NCBI GenBank assembly: GCA_045536565.1 | Contig: JAZSNU010000003.1 | Location: 64,001-128,000, forward strand | Source: Clostridia bacterium | Lineage (GTDB): Bacteria > Bacillota > Clostridia > TANB77 > CAG-465 | Direction: 5' to 3' | Length of the DNA stretch: 64,000 nt | In this document: one piece after another, positions 51,051 to 60,308 of the stretch | Layout of the letters: every line of letters starts with the position of its first letter | Position numbering within the stretch: the first letter of the stretch is position 1 | Position numbers and translations under genes: made by a program | The notes under the pieces: generated by a model | The model's database searches: none | Told to the model about the DNA's origin: nothing | Seen by the model: only the letters and a program-made list of their open reading frames with translations

Positions 51051-51962
51051 ATGAAAATAAGTTATATTAGTTTAAGAAAAAAATTAAAAGAGTTTAGAGA
51101 AAGTAATAGAAAAGATAAAAAAACAAAAGAAGAAAAGTTACAAGCAAATAATAGAAATATACAAAATGATATAGATGATACAAAATATATAGGAATAAAT
51201 TATACAAAAAAAGAAGAAATAACAAAAAACAAATTAAAGGACATATTTAATAATATGAAAAGCGTTCCGAAAGGGAGTTACACATTACTTTTTTTCATGA
51301 TATTACTTCTTGTAGCAACAACCAAATTAAACATTGATACATATACTAAGTTAGGACAAGAAGATTATGATACATATGTATTAGAAGAGCCAGATGTAGT
51401 AAATGTTAGTAACGACAATGTAGTTATATATCAAGAGGCGGTAAGTAGTACATATGATATAGCAGAAGAGGATCAAGTTGCCGTAGAAACTACAAGTCAA
51501 AGTGTTATAGAAACTAATAAAGCTGCATTAGAAGATGAAGTTTATGTTTATGAATATACATTTATTAGGCCGGTGAAAGGAGATACTTTAAAAGAATATA
51601 GCATGGATAAAGTTATATATTCTAAAACATTAGATATGTGGAAAGTACATGATGGAATAGACATATATGCTGCTGTAGGAGAAGATGTAGCAGCTTGTGA
51701 AAAAGGAATAATAGAAAGAGTATACGAGGATAGTTTTTATGGTTATAGCATAATAATAGATCACCAAAACTCAGTTAAGACTATTTATAGGAACTTGGAT
51801 GAAAATATATTAGTTAAGGAAAAAGAGGAAGTTACCAAAGGTCAAGTTATAGGAAAAGTGGGAAATACAGCAATTGGTGAATGTAAAGATGAGGCACATA
51901 TACATTTAGAAGTTGTAAAAAATGGAGAAATAGTAAATCCAAATACTATTGGAATAAAATAA
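51051..51962 (+). CDS. spoIIQ: SpoIIQ-like M23 peptidase-domain protein
   Basis: YSKTLDMWKVHDGID, HIHLEV; located between spoIID and spoIIID. Confidence 0.8.
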   Translation: MKISYISLRKKLKEFRESNRKDKKTKEEKLQANNRNIQNDIDDTKYIGINYTKKEEITKNKLKDIFNNMKSVPKGSYTLLFFMILLLVATTKLNIDTYTKLGQEDYDTYVLEEPDVVNVSNDNVVIYQEAVSSTYDIAEEDQVAVETTSQSVIETNKAALEDEVYVYEYTFIRPVKGDTLKEYSMDKVIYSKTLDMWKVHDGIDIYAAVGEDVAACEKGIIERVYEDSFYGYSIIIDHQNSVKTIYRNLDENILVKEKEEVTKGQVIGKVGNTAIGECKDEAHIHLEVVKNGEIVNPNTIGIK

Positions 51963-52031
51963 AGAATAAAAGATAAGATTTTGAATAGTATGTAGTATGA
52001 AACAAAATAGTTTAAAGAGGTGATAGCAGTT

Positions 52032-52286
52032 ATGCAAAATGATATAGAAGAAAGGGTAAAGGCGTTGGCTACATATATAATAGAAACAGGTAGCACAGTA
52101 AGGGCAGCAGCAACTAAATTTAATGTTAGTAAATCAACAGTACACAAAGACATATCAGAAAGATTAGAGAAGATAAATCCATCCTTAGCAAATGAGGCTA
52201 GGAAAGTGTTAATGCACAATAAAGAGGAAAGACACATAAGAGGTGGTATGGCAACAAAAATGAAGTATGAGAGCAAGAGGGCATAA
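52032..52286 (+). CDS. spoIIID: Sporulation transcription regulator SpoIIID
   Basis: TVRAAATKFNVSKSTVHKDISERL, ERHIRGGMATK. Confidence 0.97.
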   Translation: MQNDIEERVKALATYIIETGSTVRAAATKFNVSKSTVHKDISERLEKINPSLANEARKVLMHNKEERHIRGGMATKMKYESKRA

Positions 52287-52438
52287 TATATATAAGAGAA
52301 TAAGGCAATCTAAACAAAAATGTTTGGGTTGTTTTTCTATAGCACGTAAAAGTTGAAAAAACACACCGATTTGTGATATAATTGGCAACATAAATTGTAT
52401 AGTTAATAATAAAAATAATTTTTTAGGAGGAATTTAAT

Positions 52439-53113
52439 ATGACAGAAATTAAAGCATTTAATAGCTATAGCAATGAGGTTTTTAAACTTTATTTTAAGGA
52501 TGGAAAACTTTTTAGAAATTACAGTTATGACTACATTACTTTAAAAACTATTTATGATGAGTACAGAGTTCCAGAAGAGGGGAAAGATAGTATTTGTGTA
52601 GAACATTTTAATAGGGCTATTAGAAATGTTTGTATACAGGATAAAGAGATTGACTTTGAAGAATTATTGTTTTGTTTAAGAGACGATCAAAAATATTTTG
52701 ATATTGCAAACAAGATTATTTCAAATGAAGCAGATAAAATGTCAAAAAGAATTGATATAATGAGTAAGGCTTTACCAAATGTATTAGAAGGTGGTTATAG
52801 AAGTCATTTGTACAACCCGTCAAATTATTTGACTCCGGAACAAATACGGAAAATGAAGGATGAGGAAATAATTTTAGTAAATCGAATAGCTATTAATTCA
52901 CAACTTGCAAGACTTGGGGTAAAAACTAATGACGAAAAAAGAAAAGCGGCATTAGAAATACTACTTAAAGTATCACATGAGTTAGGGAGTAAAGAATCCA
53001 AGAGACACAGAATATATTGGGGAGCAAGAATGACGGTAAAAGATATAAAAATAGCATTTGGCAAGAGGCTAGATGAAATGTCAAGAACATATTTTAGAAA
53101 AGTATCACAGTAG
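52439..53113 (+). CDS. Hypothetical protein
   Basis: 224-aa ORF with SD AGGAGG and a downstream hairpin terminator; no family recognised. Confidence 0.72.
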   Translation: MTEIKAFNSYSNEVFKLYFKDGKLFRNYSYDYITLKTIYDEYRVPEEGKDSICVEHFNRAIRNVCIQDKEIDFEELLFCLRDDQKYFDIANKIISNEADKMSKRIDIMSKALPNVLEGGYRSHLYNPSNYLTPEQIRKMKDEEIILVNRIAINSQLARLGVKTNDEKRKAALEILLKVSHELGSKESKRHRIYWGARMTVKDIKIAFGKRLDEMSRTYFRKVSQ

Positions 53114-53229
53114 GATGTAAAAAAGAAGATTCAAATTGAGTCTTCTTTTTTACATATATTTATATTTTGAGGATAGGGAGTATAGGTGAAAAATATAAAT
53201 ATAAAAATATCTAAAATATGAACTTTAAA

Positions 53230-53258
53230 TTGACAAACTAATGTTCTGTATATATAAT
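53230..53258 (+). promoter_or_regulatory. Sigma-A promoter with a LexA(Cheo)-like box in the spacer
   Basis: TTGACA-17 nt-TATAAT; AAAC-TAAT-GTTC (53235-53246) is one mismatch from GAAC-N4-GTTC. Confidence 0.6.
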
Positions 53259-53284
53259 ATATAATATGAAAGGGAGGCTTGTGA

Positions 53285-54169
53285 GTGGATAAAGATTTAG
53301 TAAAAGCAGAATTAAATGTAGTTAATACAAAAGTTGGTATACTAAGGTTTGGCGATTATGATTATATATCTTTGACGGATTTAGCTAGATATGTTAATCC
53401 AGAGGAACCTAAAATACCAATACAAACATGGCTGAGAAATAAAAATGTTGTTTCTTTTTTGGGATTGTGGGAAAAAATACATAACGAAAATTTCAAAGGT
53501 CACGAATTTACGACCTTTGAAATGGAAGCGGGAAAAAATAGTTTTTACTTATCTCCTCAAAAATGGATAAAGGAAACAGGGGCAATAGGTATTATTTCAA
53601 AATCTGGTAATAATGGCGGAACATATGCACATAGTGATATTGCATTAGAGTTTGCAAGTTGGTTATCTCCTGAATTTAAATTATATTTAATTCAAGAGTT
53701 TGAAAGACTTAAGAAGAATGAATCATATCAATATAGAATTGAGTGGCATGCTAATAGAGTTTTATCAAAAGTTAATTATTTGGTACATACAGATGCAATC
53801 AAAAATAATATTGTTCCAACATTAACTGAAAATCAAAAGAAATTCATTTATGCAGATGAGGCAGATGTACTTAATGTTGCACTTTTTGGCATTACGGCAA
53901 AGCAATGGAGAGAAAATAATAAGGATTTGGCAAAAACGGGAAATATTAGAGATTATACAGATTTACTGCATTTGGTAATATTGAATAATTTGGAGAATAC
54001 GAATGCTGAGTTAATAACACAAGGTATTTCTCAAAGGGAAAGATTAATAAGATTGAATGAGTCGGCCCGTAGACAAATAAAAGTTTTATCTAATAATAAA
54101 AATATAAAAGAATTAGAAGATTTACAAAAAATGGCTAATAAAAAGGAAATGTTGGAATTGCCAGATTAA
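53285..54169 (+). CDS. KilA-N domain DNA-binding protein
   Basis: DYISLTDLAR, LGLWE, GGTYAHSDIALEFASWLSPEFKLYLI, HTDAIK, YADEADVLNVALFG. Confidence 0.9.
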   Translation: MDKDLVKAELNVVNTKVGILRFGDYDYISLTDLARYVNPEEPKIPIQTWLRNKNVVSFLGLWEKIHNENFKGHEFTTFEMEAGKNSFYLSPQKWIKETGAIGIISKSGNNGGTYAHSDIALEFASWLSPEFKLYLIQEFERLKKNESYQYRIEWHANRVLSKVNYLVHTDAIKNNIVPTLTENQKKFIYADEADVLNVALFGITAKQWRENNKDLAKTGNIRDYTDLLHLVILNNLENTNAELITQGISQRERLIRLNESARRQIKVLSNNKNIKELEDLQKMANKKEMLELPD

Positions 54170-54397
54170 AAAAATATATTGGAATATAACTTAAAAAAGA
54201 TAAGGGATATAAGTTTTGGCTACTGAAAATCACATACTTTTGTGTGTACTTTTTCAGTGGCTTTTTCTAATATGGGGTCTTCTTTTTTACTATTAAAAAC
54301 ATATTATAGTTTATTTGTATAAAACTCTTAAACATCGAGTAATTTTTCACATTTTAATTAATATCAAATGGTCACAAACTGTGACTAATTATACAAA

Positions 54398-54428
54398 TTC
54401 AACCGGTGACAATTTGTCACCGGTTGAA
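54398..54428. repeat. Perfect 31-bp palindrome (15-bp arms), preceded by a smaller related palindrome at 54371-54385
   Basis: TTCAACCGGTGACAA-T-TTGTCACCGGTTGAA; GTCACA-AAC-TGTGAC. Confidence 0.9.
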
Positions 54429-54552
54429 ATAAAAAATTATTTTTGAATAAATATACAAAAATAGAGCAAAATATTTATGCGATATATTGCAAATGAAACA
54501 GAGTTGTAATATAATTGTAACAAAGAAAATGGTAAGTAAAGGAAGTGATATA

Positions 54553-55569
54553 ATGAGGTTTGGCCAAGATATAGGTATTGACTTAGGTACAGCGACAATA
54601 CTTGTATATGTCAAAGGTAAAGGTATAGTTTTAAGAGAACCAGCAGTTGTTGCTATCGATAAAAATACAAATGAAGTATTGGCAGTTGGACAAGAGGCTA
54701 GAAAAATGCTTGGTAGAACACCAGGAAATATTGTTGCTATAAGGCCATTAAAGGACGGAGTTATATCTGATTATACAGTAACTGAAAAAATGCTTAAGTA
54801 TTTTATAAATAAGGTTGCAGGAAGATTTGTTTTAAATCCTAGAATAATGATTTGTGTTCCTTCTGGTGTAACAGAAGTGGAGAAAAAAGCAGTAATAGAT
54901 GCTGCAAATCATGCAGGTGCAAGAAGGGTTTATCTTATTGAAGAACCAATAGCGGCTGCAATAGGTGCAGGTATAGATATTGCAAAACCATATGGTAGTA
55001 TGATACTAGATATAGGGGGAGGAACAGCAGATATTGCTGTAATATCATTAGGAGGAGCTGTAAAAAGCAAATCTATCAAGATTGCAGGAGATAAATTTGA
55101 TGAGGCAATTATAAAGTACATTAAGAAAAAATATAATGTAATAATTGGTGAAAGAACAGCAGAAGATATAAAGATAAATATTGGTTGTGTTTATCCTAAA
55201 ACTGTTGTTGAAACTATGAATATAAAAGGTAGAAACTTAACTACTGGACTTCCGGTTGAATTTGAAATAACATCAGAAGAAATGATGGAAGCATTAGAAG
55301 AATGTGCAAATCAAATAGTTGAAGGAGTTCATTCGGTTTTAGAAGAAACACCACCAGAACTATCAGCAGATATAAGTGATAGAGGAATATATATCACAGG
55401 TGGTGGAGGTCTTGTTACAGGGCTCGACCAACTACTTCAAGAAAGAACAGGAATACCTGTTATGATAGCAGAAGATGCTATATCATGCGTTGCAATAGGT
55501 ACAGGTAAGGCGCTTAATCATATTGATTTACTAGAATCAGGTAATGCGATTAAGATAAAGAAATTTTAA
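54553..55569 (+). CDS. mbl: MreB-like rod shape-determining protein (Mbl)
   Basis: IGIDLGTA, IRPLKDGVI, LDIGGGT, LEETPPEL; downstream of spoIIID as in other firmicutes. Confidence 0.85.
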   Translation: MRFGQDIGIDLGTATILVYVKGKGIVLREPAVVAIDKNTNEVLAVGQEARKMLGRTPGNIVAIRPLKDGVISDYTVTEKMLKYFINKVAGRFVLNPRIMICVPSGVTEVEKKAVIDAANHAGARRVYLIEEPIAAAIGAGIDIAKPYGSMILDIGGGTADIAVISLGGAVKSKSIKIAGDKFDEAIIKYIKKKYNVIIGERTAEDIKINIGCVYPKTVVETMNIKGRNLTTGLPVEFEITSEEMMEALEECANQIVEGVHSVLEETPPELSADISDRGIYITGGGGLVTGLDQLLQERTGIPVMIAEDAISCVAIGTGKALNHIDLLESGNAIKIKKF

Positions 55570-55605
55570 AGTAAAACATCTCAGACAAAAATGTTTGAGA
55601 TGTTT

Positions 55606-55857
55606 TTAATATGCAGTTTTACTAATATTTTTTGCATCATGTATAACCTTATCTATAATATCATCAATATCTATATTAGGTGATTTTTCTAGTAAACTGG
55701 TTGGTAAAAAATATGAACTTTTTTTAGTCTTTGTATTTACAACTATATATCCTACTTTATGACTTTCCAATGCATCTTTGTTTATTATCATAAAGTCAAA
55801 ATGGTATACACCTGAATATATTTGTTTGTTAAAAGTCCAAAATAGTTCTATATTCAT
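55606..55857 (-). CDS. Small hypothetical protein (83 aa)
   Basis: SD AGGAGG; resembles the neighbouring 55962-56210 ORF. Confidence 0.7.
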   Translation of the reverse strand: MNIELFWTFNKQIYSGVYHFDFMIINKDALESHKVGYIVVNTKTKKSSYFLPTSLLEKSPNIDIDDIIDKVIHDAKNISKTAY

Positions 55858-55961
55858 AAAGTTCCTCCTAATATATATTAAAGTATATTCAGCTTAATAG
55901 AAAAAATGATGTAAGCATATAAAAAACAGAAGCTACAAATTTGAGCTTCTGTTTAATTAAC

Positions 55962-56210
55962 TTAGAATATAACTTCATCCTCAAGCATTCTTGCAGTTTC
56001 TAAGCACTCGTCTGAAATTTGTAATAGTATTTCTTCTGAAAGTGCATAAGGTCTTATATGCTTATTCGTTATAGTCTTAGTTATTCCTGATTGAGTGTTT
56101 ACTGCAACTGAACCAATAGTAATTTCATGACCTTCTGTAACAGACTTTATTGTAAACAGGTATGTTTTTTTGCCTAATCTGGCTTGTGGAAAATAAGAAA
56201 TATCATTCAT
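55962..56210 (-). CDS. Small hypothetical protein (82 aa)
   Basis: SD AGGAGG; TTGCAA...TAAAAT promoter-like sequence upstream on the minus strand. Confidence 0.7.
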   Translation of the reverse strand: MNDISYFPQARLGKKTYLFTIKSVTEGHEITIGSVAVNTQSGITKTITNKHIRPYALSEEILLQISDECLETARMLEDEVIF

Positions 56211-56370
56211 AAATTTGTCCTCCTAAAAAATTATTCTTAAAATAAATTAAATACTACATCAATATTTTACCACATATTATGTAAATTTGCAAACCTTTAA
56301 ATTAAGTGTTGAAAATGACATATGATATGTGGTAAAATATATATGTATAGTATTGAAAAGGAAGTATATT

Positions 56371-57603
56371 ATGAAAAAAGTTGAATTATTAGCACCAGCA
56401 GGTAGTTTAGAAAAAGCAAAAGTTGCATTTATGTATGGAGCAGACGCAGTATATGCAGGAACATCTAGATTATCTCTAAGAACAAGAGCAGAAATGAATT
56501 CAGATAGTTTAAAAGAAACTATTGAATATGCGCATAGTATAGGGAAAAAAGTTTATGTAGCACTTAACATTTATGCATATGACGAGGACTATAAAGAGAT
56601 AGAAGAAGAAGTAAAAAGATTAGATGAAATACATGCAGATGCAATAATAGCAGCAGATGGTGGAATTATAGATGTAATAAAGAAAGTGGCACCTAATATG
56701 CCTATTCATATTAGTACGCAAGCAAATAGTACTAGTCTTAATAGTTGTAACTTCTGGAAACAAAATGGAGCAGAGAGAGTAATACTTGCAAGAGAACTAT
56801 CTAAGGATAGAATTGAACATATAATGAAAAATAAATCAGATGATTTAGAAATAGAAATGTTTATTCATGGAGCAATATGCTTTGGTTATTCTGGTAGATG
56901 CTATCTAAGCCAATACTTATCAGATAGAGGTGCAAACTGTGGTGATTGCAGTCAGCCTTGTAGATGGCAATACAAAATTACAGCAGAAGAAGTAAATACC
57001 CCCGGTAGTATAATAAATATTGATTATGATGAGAATGGAACATATATATTCTCATCAAAAGATTTATGTTTGATTAATCAAATCCCAACTATAATCGATA
57101 TGGGAGTAGAAAGTTTAAAAATAGAAGGAAGACTTAAAACTGAATACTATTTAGCAACTGTTGTAAGAGCATATAGAAAGGCTATTGATGATTATTACGA
57201 AAATCAAGAAAATTTTGATAGTGAAAAATATTTAAAAGAACTTGAAACTGTAAAAACAAGAGGACTTTCTGAATTCTATTTTTCAGATAAAAATAATCAA
57301 GATATACATGACTATTCAGGACAAAATGAAAATTTAAAATATGAGTATGGTGCAAGAGTATTAGAGCAAAATGAAAATGATATAGTAACAGTTGAAATCA
57401 AAAACAAATTGTCAGTTGGTGATACATTAGAAATACTTATTCCAAACAGTATAGAAAATAACAAATTCGAAATAGAAGAACTATATGATGTAGAAACAAA
57501 TGAGAAAATTGATACCATAAATCCTGGAAGAAAAGGACAACAAGTAAAAATAAAAATACCGTATGAAGTTCAACAAGGATATATAATAAGGAGAAAAAAA
57601 TAA
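56371..57603 (+). CDS. U32 family protein (TrhP-like tRNA hydroxylation)
   Basis: ELLAPAG, GADAVY, HGAICFGYSGRC, CSQPCRW, LKIEGR. Confidence 0.9.
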   Translation: MKKVELLAPAGSLEKAKVAFMYGADAVYAGTSRLSLRTRAEMNSDSLKETIEYAHSIGKKVYVALNIYAYDEDYKEIEEEVKRLDEIHADAIIAADGGIIDVIKKVAPNMPIHISTQANSTSLNSCNFWKQNGAERVILARELSKDRIEHIMKNKSDDLEIEMFIHGAICFGYSGRCYLSQYLSDRGANCGDCSQPCRWQYKITAEEVNTPGSIINIDYDENGTYIFSSKDLCLINQIPTIIDMGVESLKIEGRLKTEYYLATVVRAYRKAIDDYYENQENFDSEKYLKELETVKTRGLSEFYFSDKNNQDIHDYSGQNENLKYEYGARVLEQNENDIVTVEIKNKLSVGDTLEILIPNSIENNKFEIEELYDVETNEKIDTINPGRKGQQVKIKIPYEVQQGYIIRRKK

Positions 57604-57604
57604 T

Positions 57605-58303
57605 ATGTCAAAAGATATTAATACTGGTGATATATATAACAGAACGGAAATAATATTTGGAAAAGAGAATATTGAAAAAATAAAAAATAGTAAAGTTTGT
57701 ATATGTGGTATTGGTGGAGTTGGTTCTTTTTCTATGGAGGCACTGGCTAGAATTGGTGTAGGGCACATTACTATTATAGATAAAGATAAAGTAGATGTAA
57801 CAAATATTAATAGACAATTAATAGCAACAGTGGATAATGTGGATATTCCTAAGGTAAAAGTAGGAGAAGATAGAATAAAAAGTATTAATCCAAATATTAA
57901 TGTAAAAACACATGAAATATTTATTACAAAGGACAATATAGCAGAGTATATAGACAATACCTATGATTATATTATTGATGCAATAGATAGTGTTGATTCA
58001 AAAGTAGAATTAATAAAATATTGTTATGATAACAATATAAATGTTATATCTAGCATGGGAATGGCAAATAGAGTAAATCCACTTGATATAAAAGTAGCAG
58101 ATATATACAAAACAAAGATGTGTCCACTTGCAAAAATCATTAGAAAAAAATTAAAAGAATTAGATGTTAAAAAATTAAAAGTGGTATATTCAGAAGAACA
58201 GGCTATAAAACCAAATTCAAAGGAACTCGGAAGTGTATCATTTGTTCCGTCAGTAGCAGGACTTGTTATAGCATCAGAAGTTATAAAGGATATAATAGAA
58301 TAA
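57605..58303 (+). CDS. tcdA: tRNA threonylcarbamoyladenosine dehydratase
   Basis: GIGGVGS, TNINRQ, ISSMG, CPLAKIIRK, GSVSFVPSVAG. Confidence 0.9.
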   Translation: MSKDINTGDIYNRTEIIFGKENIEKIKNSKVCICGIGGVGSFSMEALARIGVGHITIIDKDKVDVTNINRQLIATVDNVDIPKVKVGEDRIKSINPNINVKTHEIFITKDNIAEYIDNTYDYIIDAIDSVDSKVELIKYCYDNNINVISSMGMANRVNPLDIKVADIYKTKMCPLAKIIRKKLKELDVKKLKVVYSEEQAIKPNSKELGSVSFVPSVAGLVIASEVIKDIIE

Positions 58304-58319
58304 TAAGGAGGTAATTTTA

Positions 58320-58466
58320 ATGGGAAGAGGTAAATGGGATAATTGTTCAAATTGTATTTATGGAACAAAAGAAAGAAGTGGTATGTATTCTTGTAAATTT
58401 GATAAAAGAAATGAATACGAAGAAGACTATTGGTGTAAATATCACGAAAGCGAAGATGAACAATAA
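58320..58466 (+). CDS. 48-aa Cys-rich small protein (MGRGKWDNCSNCIYGTKERSGMYSCKFDKRNEYEEDYWCKYHESEDEQ)
   Basis: Manual translation; strong SD AAGGAGGT; CxxC-X12-C-X13-C. Confidence 0.7.
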   Translation: MGRGKWDNCSNCIYGTKERSGMYSCKFDKRNEYEEDYWCKYHESEDEQ

Positions 58467-58542
58467 TAAAAACATATATTAATATATAAAATGTATAGAC
58501 TAAAAATCTTTACATATAATATTAATAATGATAAAATATAGC

Positions 58543-58704
58543 AAGATAGAGTCAGCAGATTATATGAAAATCTACAAATATATGATACGGGAATCGAAAG
58601 TTGTAGTTTGTGTTGAATGCTCTTTTTATCAGAGAATCCTAATGATTATGACAAGATGCCCACCTTTACAAAAGGGTTTTATCATCTACTGCTGACTCTA
58701 TCTT
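58543..58704 (+). ncRNA. ssrS: 6S RNA (probable)
   Basis: ~160-nt intergenic unit; 16-bp closing stem AAGATAGAGTCAGCAG / CTGCTGACTCTATCTT; CCCACCT motif in the 3' half; TTTACA-17 nt-TAAAAT promoter directly upstream. Confidence 0.7.
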
Positions 58705-58797
58705 TTTGTATTTTACGAGTATAATAAATAATAGACAAAAGTGACATGCAAAAAATAGTATAATTAAGAATAATATTTATCTGTGAGGAGTGATAAA

Positions 58798-59484
58798 ATG
58801 TTATCTTTTTTATCTAGTATTTTTTCATATGTTGCTTTTTTATTTGGGTATATATCAAATACAAACCTATTTCCAGAGGCTTTAAGTAAATCAGAAGAAG
58901 AGTATCTTTTAAAGAAATATGCAGAAGGAGATAAAAATGCGAAAGAAAAACTAATTGAACATAATTTAAGGTTAGTAGCACATATAGCAAAAAAATATTC
59001 AAGTAATCAGCAAGAAAACGAAGAATATATATCTATTGGAACTATTGGCCTTATAAAAGGAATAAATAGTTATAGTTTTGAAAAAGGATACAAATTAAGT
59101 ACATATATATCCAAGTGTGTTGAAAATGAAATTCTTATGACACTAAGGTCAAATAAAAAAACACAGGGAGATGTATCTATTAATAATATTATTGGTACGG
59201 ATAAGGATGGAAATGATATGGAACTAGTTGATATATTAGATAACAATGAGAAAGACCCAATTGATAATATATATAACAAGATGATGACTAAACAAATACT
59301 TGAATATATAGATACAAAATTACCTGAAAGAGAAAAAGAAATAATGTATAGTAGATATGGATTAAAAGGGAGGATAGTAAAAACCCAGCAAGAAGTGGCA
59401 AAGGAAATGGGAATATCGCGTTCATATGTATCAAGGATAGAAACAAAAGTGCAGAATTTGTTAAAGAGACATATAAATGTGTAA
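58798..59484 (+). CDS. sigK: Pro-sigma-K sporulation sigma factor (uninterrupted)
   Basis: Hydrophobic pro-peptide ending GYIS; LIEHNLRLVAHIAKKY, GTDKDGN, ISRSYVSRIE. Confidence 0.9.
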   Translation: MLSFLSSIFSYVAFLFGYISNTNLFPEALSKSEEEYLLKKYAEGDKNAKEKLIEHNLRLVAHIAKKYSSNQQENEEYISIGTIGLIKGINSYSFEKGYKLSTYISKCVENEILMTLRSNKKTQGDVSINNIIGTDKDGNDMELVDILDNNEKDPIDNIYNKMMTKQILEYIDTKLPEREKEIMYSRYGLKGRIVKTQQEVAKEMGISRSYVSRIETKVQNLLKRHINV

Positions 59485-59580
59485 TAAGAACATTATACCG
59501 TTTGCGGAATAATATATTTAAAAATTATAAAATAACAAATAAACAGAGCTATTAAAATTTTAATAACTCTGTTTATTCTT

Positions 59581-60165
59581 TTACTTCTTAATCAATTTCT
59601 CATACATTTCACGATAAGGATCTGTTCTGAGAAGCTCAGATCTTAACCTGTCATACATTTTGTGTGTTTTTTCATCAACAAATTTTGACCAATAATCAAA
59701 ATCATCTTTTACTAATGCTTCTCTTAATTTTGTGGCACAAATTGGTATGTCATCTCTTGAAACTATAAGTTCAGCAATACCTTTGCGATCTTCCGCTGCA
59801 AACCATTTACTTCTGAACTCATCATCTCCATATACCATTATGTTGGGTTTCTTACGAATATGAGTCTTTACATTTCTAAGTACATATCGTCCCCAATCGG
59901 CAGTGATATCATTTTCGTTGGTAAGGTCGTTAAGTTCCTTTACCATAAGATTTTCAGTATCCTCACCGTATATTTCTCTTATTACATCTATACGAGTAGA
60001 AGTAGGATAAGGATTACGGAGAGTACCATATTCTTGAGCGGAACCCACTAAAATAAGTACACGGTCGCATAACTTGTATGCATTGTCAACAAGAAATTTG
60101 TGGCCAATATGGAAATGTTGAAATCGTCCAACAACCAGGCCAATATCATAAGGTTTTGAATTCAT
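59581..60165 (-). CDS. NadM-like NMN adenylyltransferase (cytidylyltransferase family)
   Basis: GRFQHFHIGH, ILVGSAQ...RNP, ICATKLRE. Confidence 0.75.
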   Translation of the reverse strand: MNSKPYDIGLVVGRFQHFHIGHKFLVDNAYKLCDRVLILVGSAQEYGTLRNPYPTSTRIDVIREIYGEDTENLMVKELNDLTNENDITADWGRYVLRNVKTHIRKKPNIMVYGDDEFRSKWFAAEDRKGIAELIVSRDDIPICATKLREALVKDDFDYWSKFVDEKTHKMYDRLRSELLRTDPYREMYEKLIKK

Positions 60166-60308
60166 ATAAATTCCTCACTTTCTAAATTATTATTAAGTTT
60201 GCTTTTTTACTATTGGTATTATACCACGATTATATGTATAATGCAATTTTATGGTAATAAAACATCCTTATGATACCCATAAGGACGCGTTATATATATA
60301 ATTAGTGA

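Noticed and set aside
52414-52431. 18-nt AATAATTTTTTAGGAGGA shared with the leader of the 56210 minus-strand gene
   Set aside because: A low-complexity AT run plus SD sequence; not enough information to claim common origin.
58798-59484. skin-type element interrupting sigK
   Set aside because: The sigK ORF is continuous and full length.
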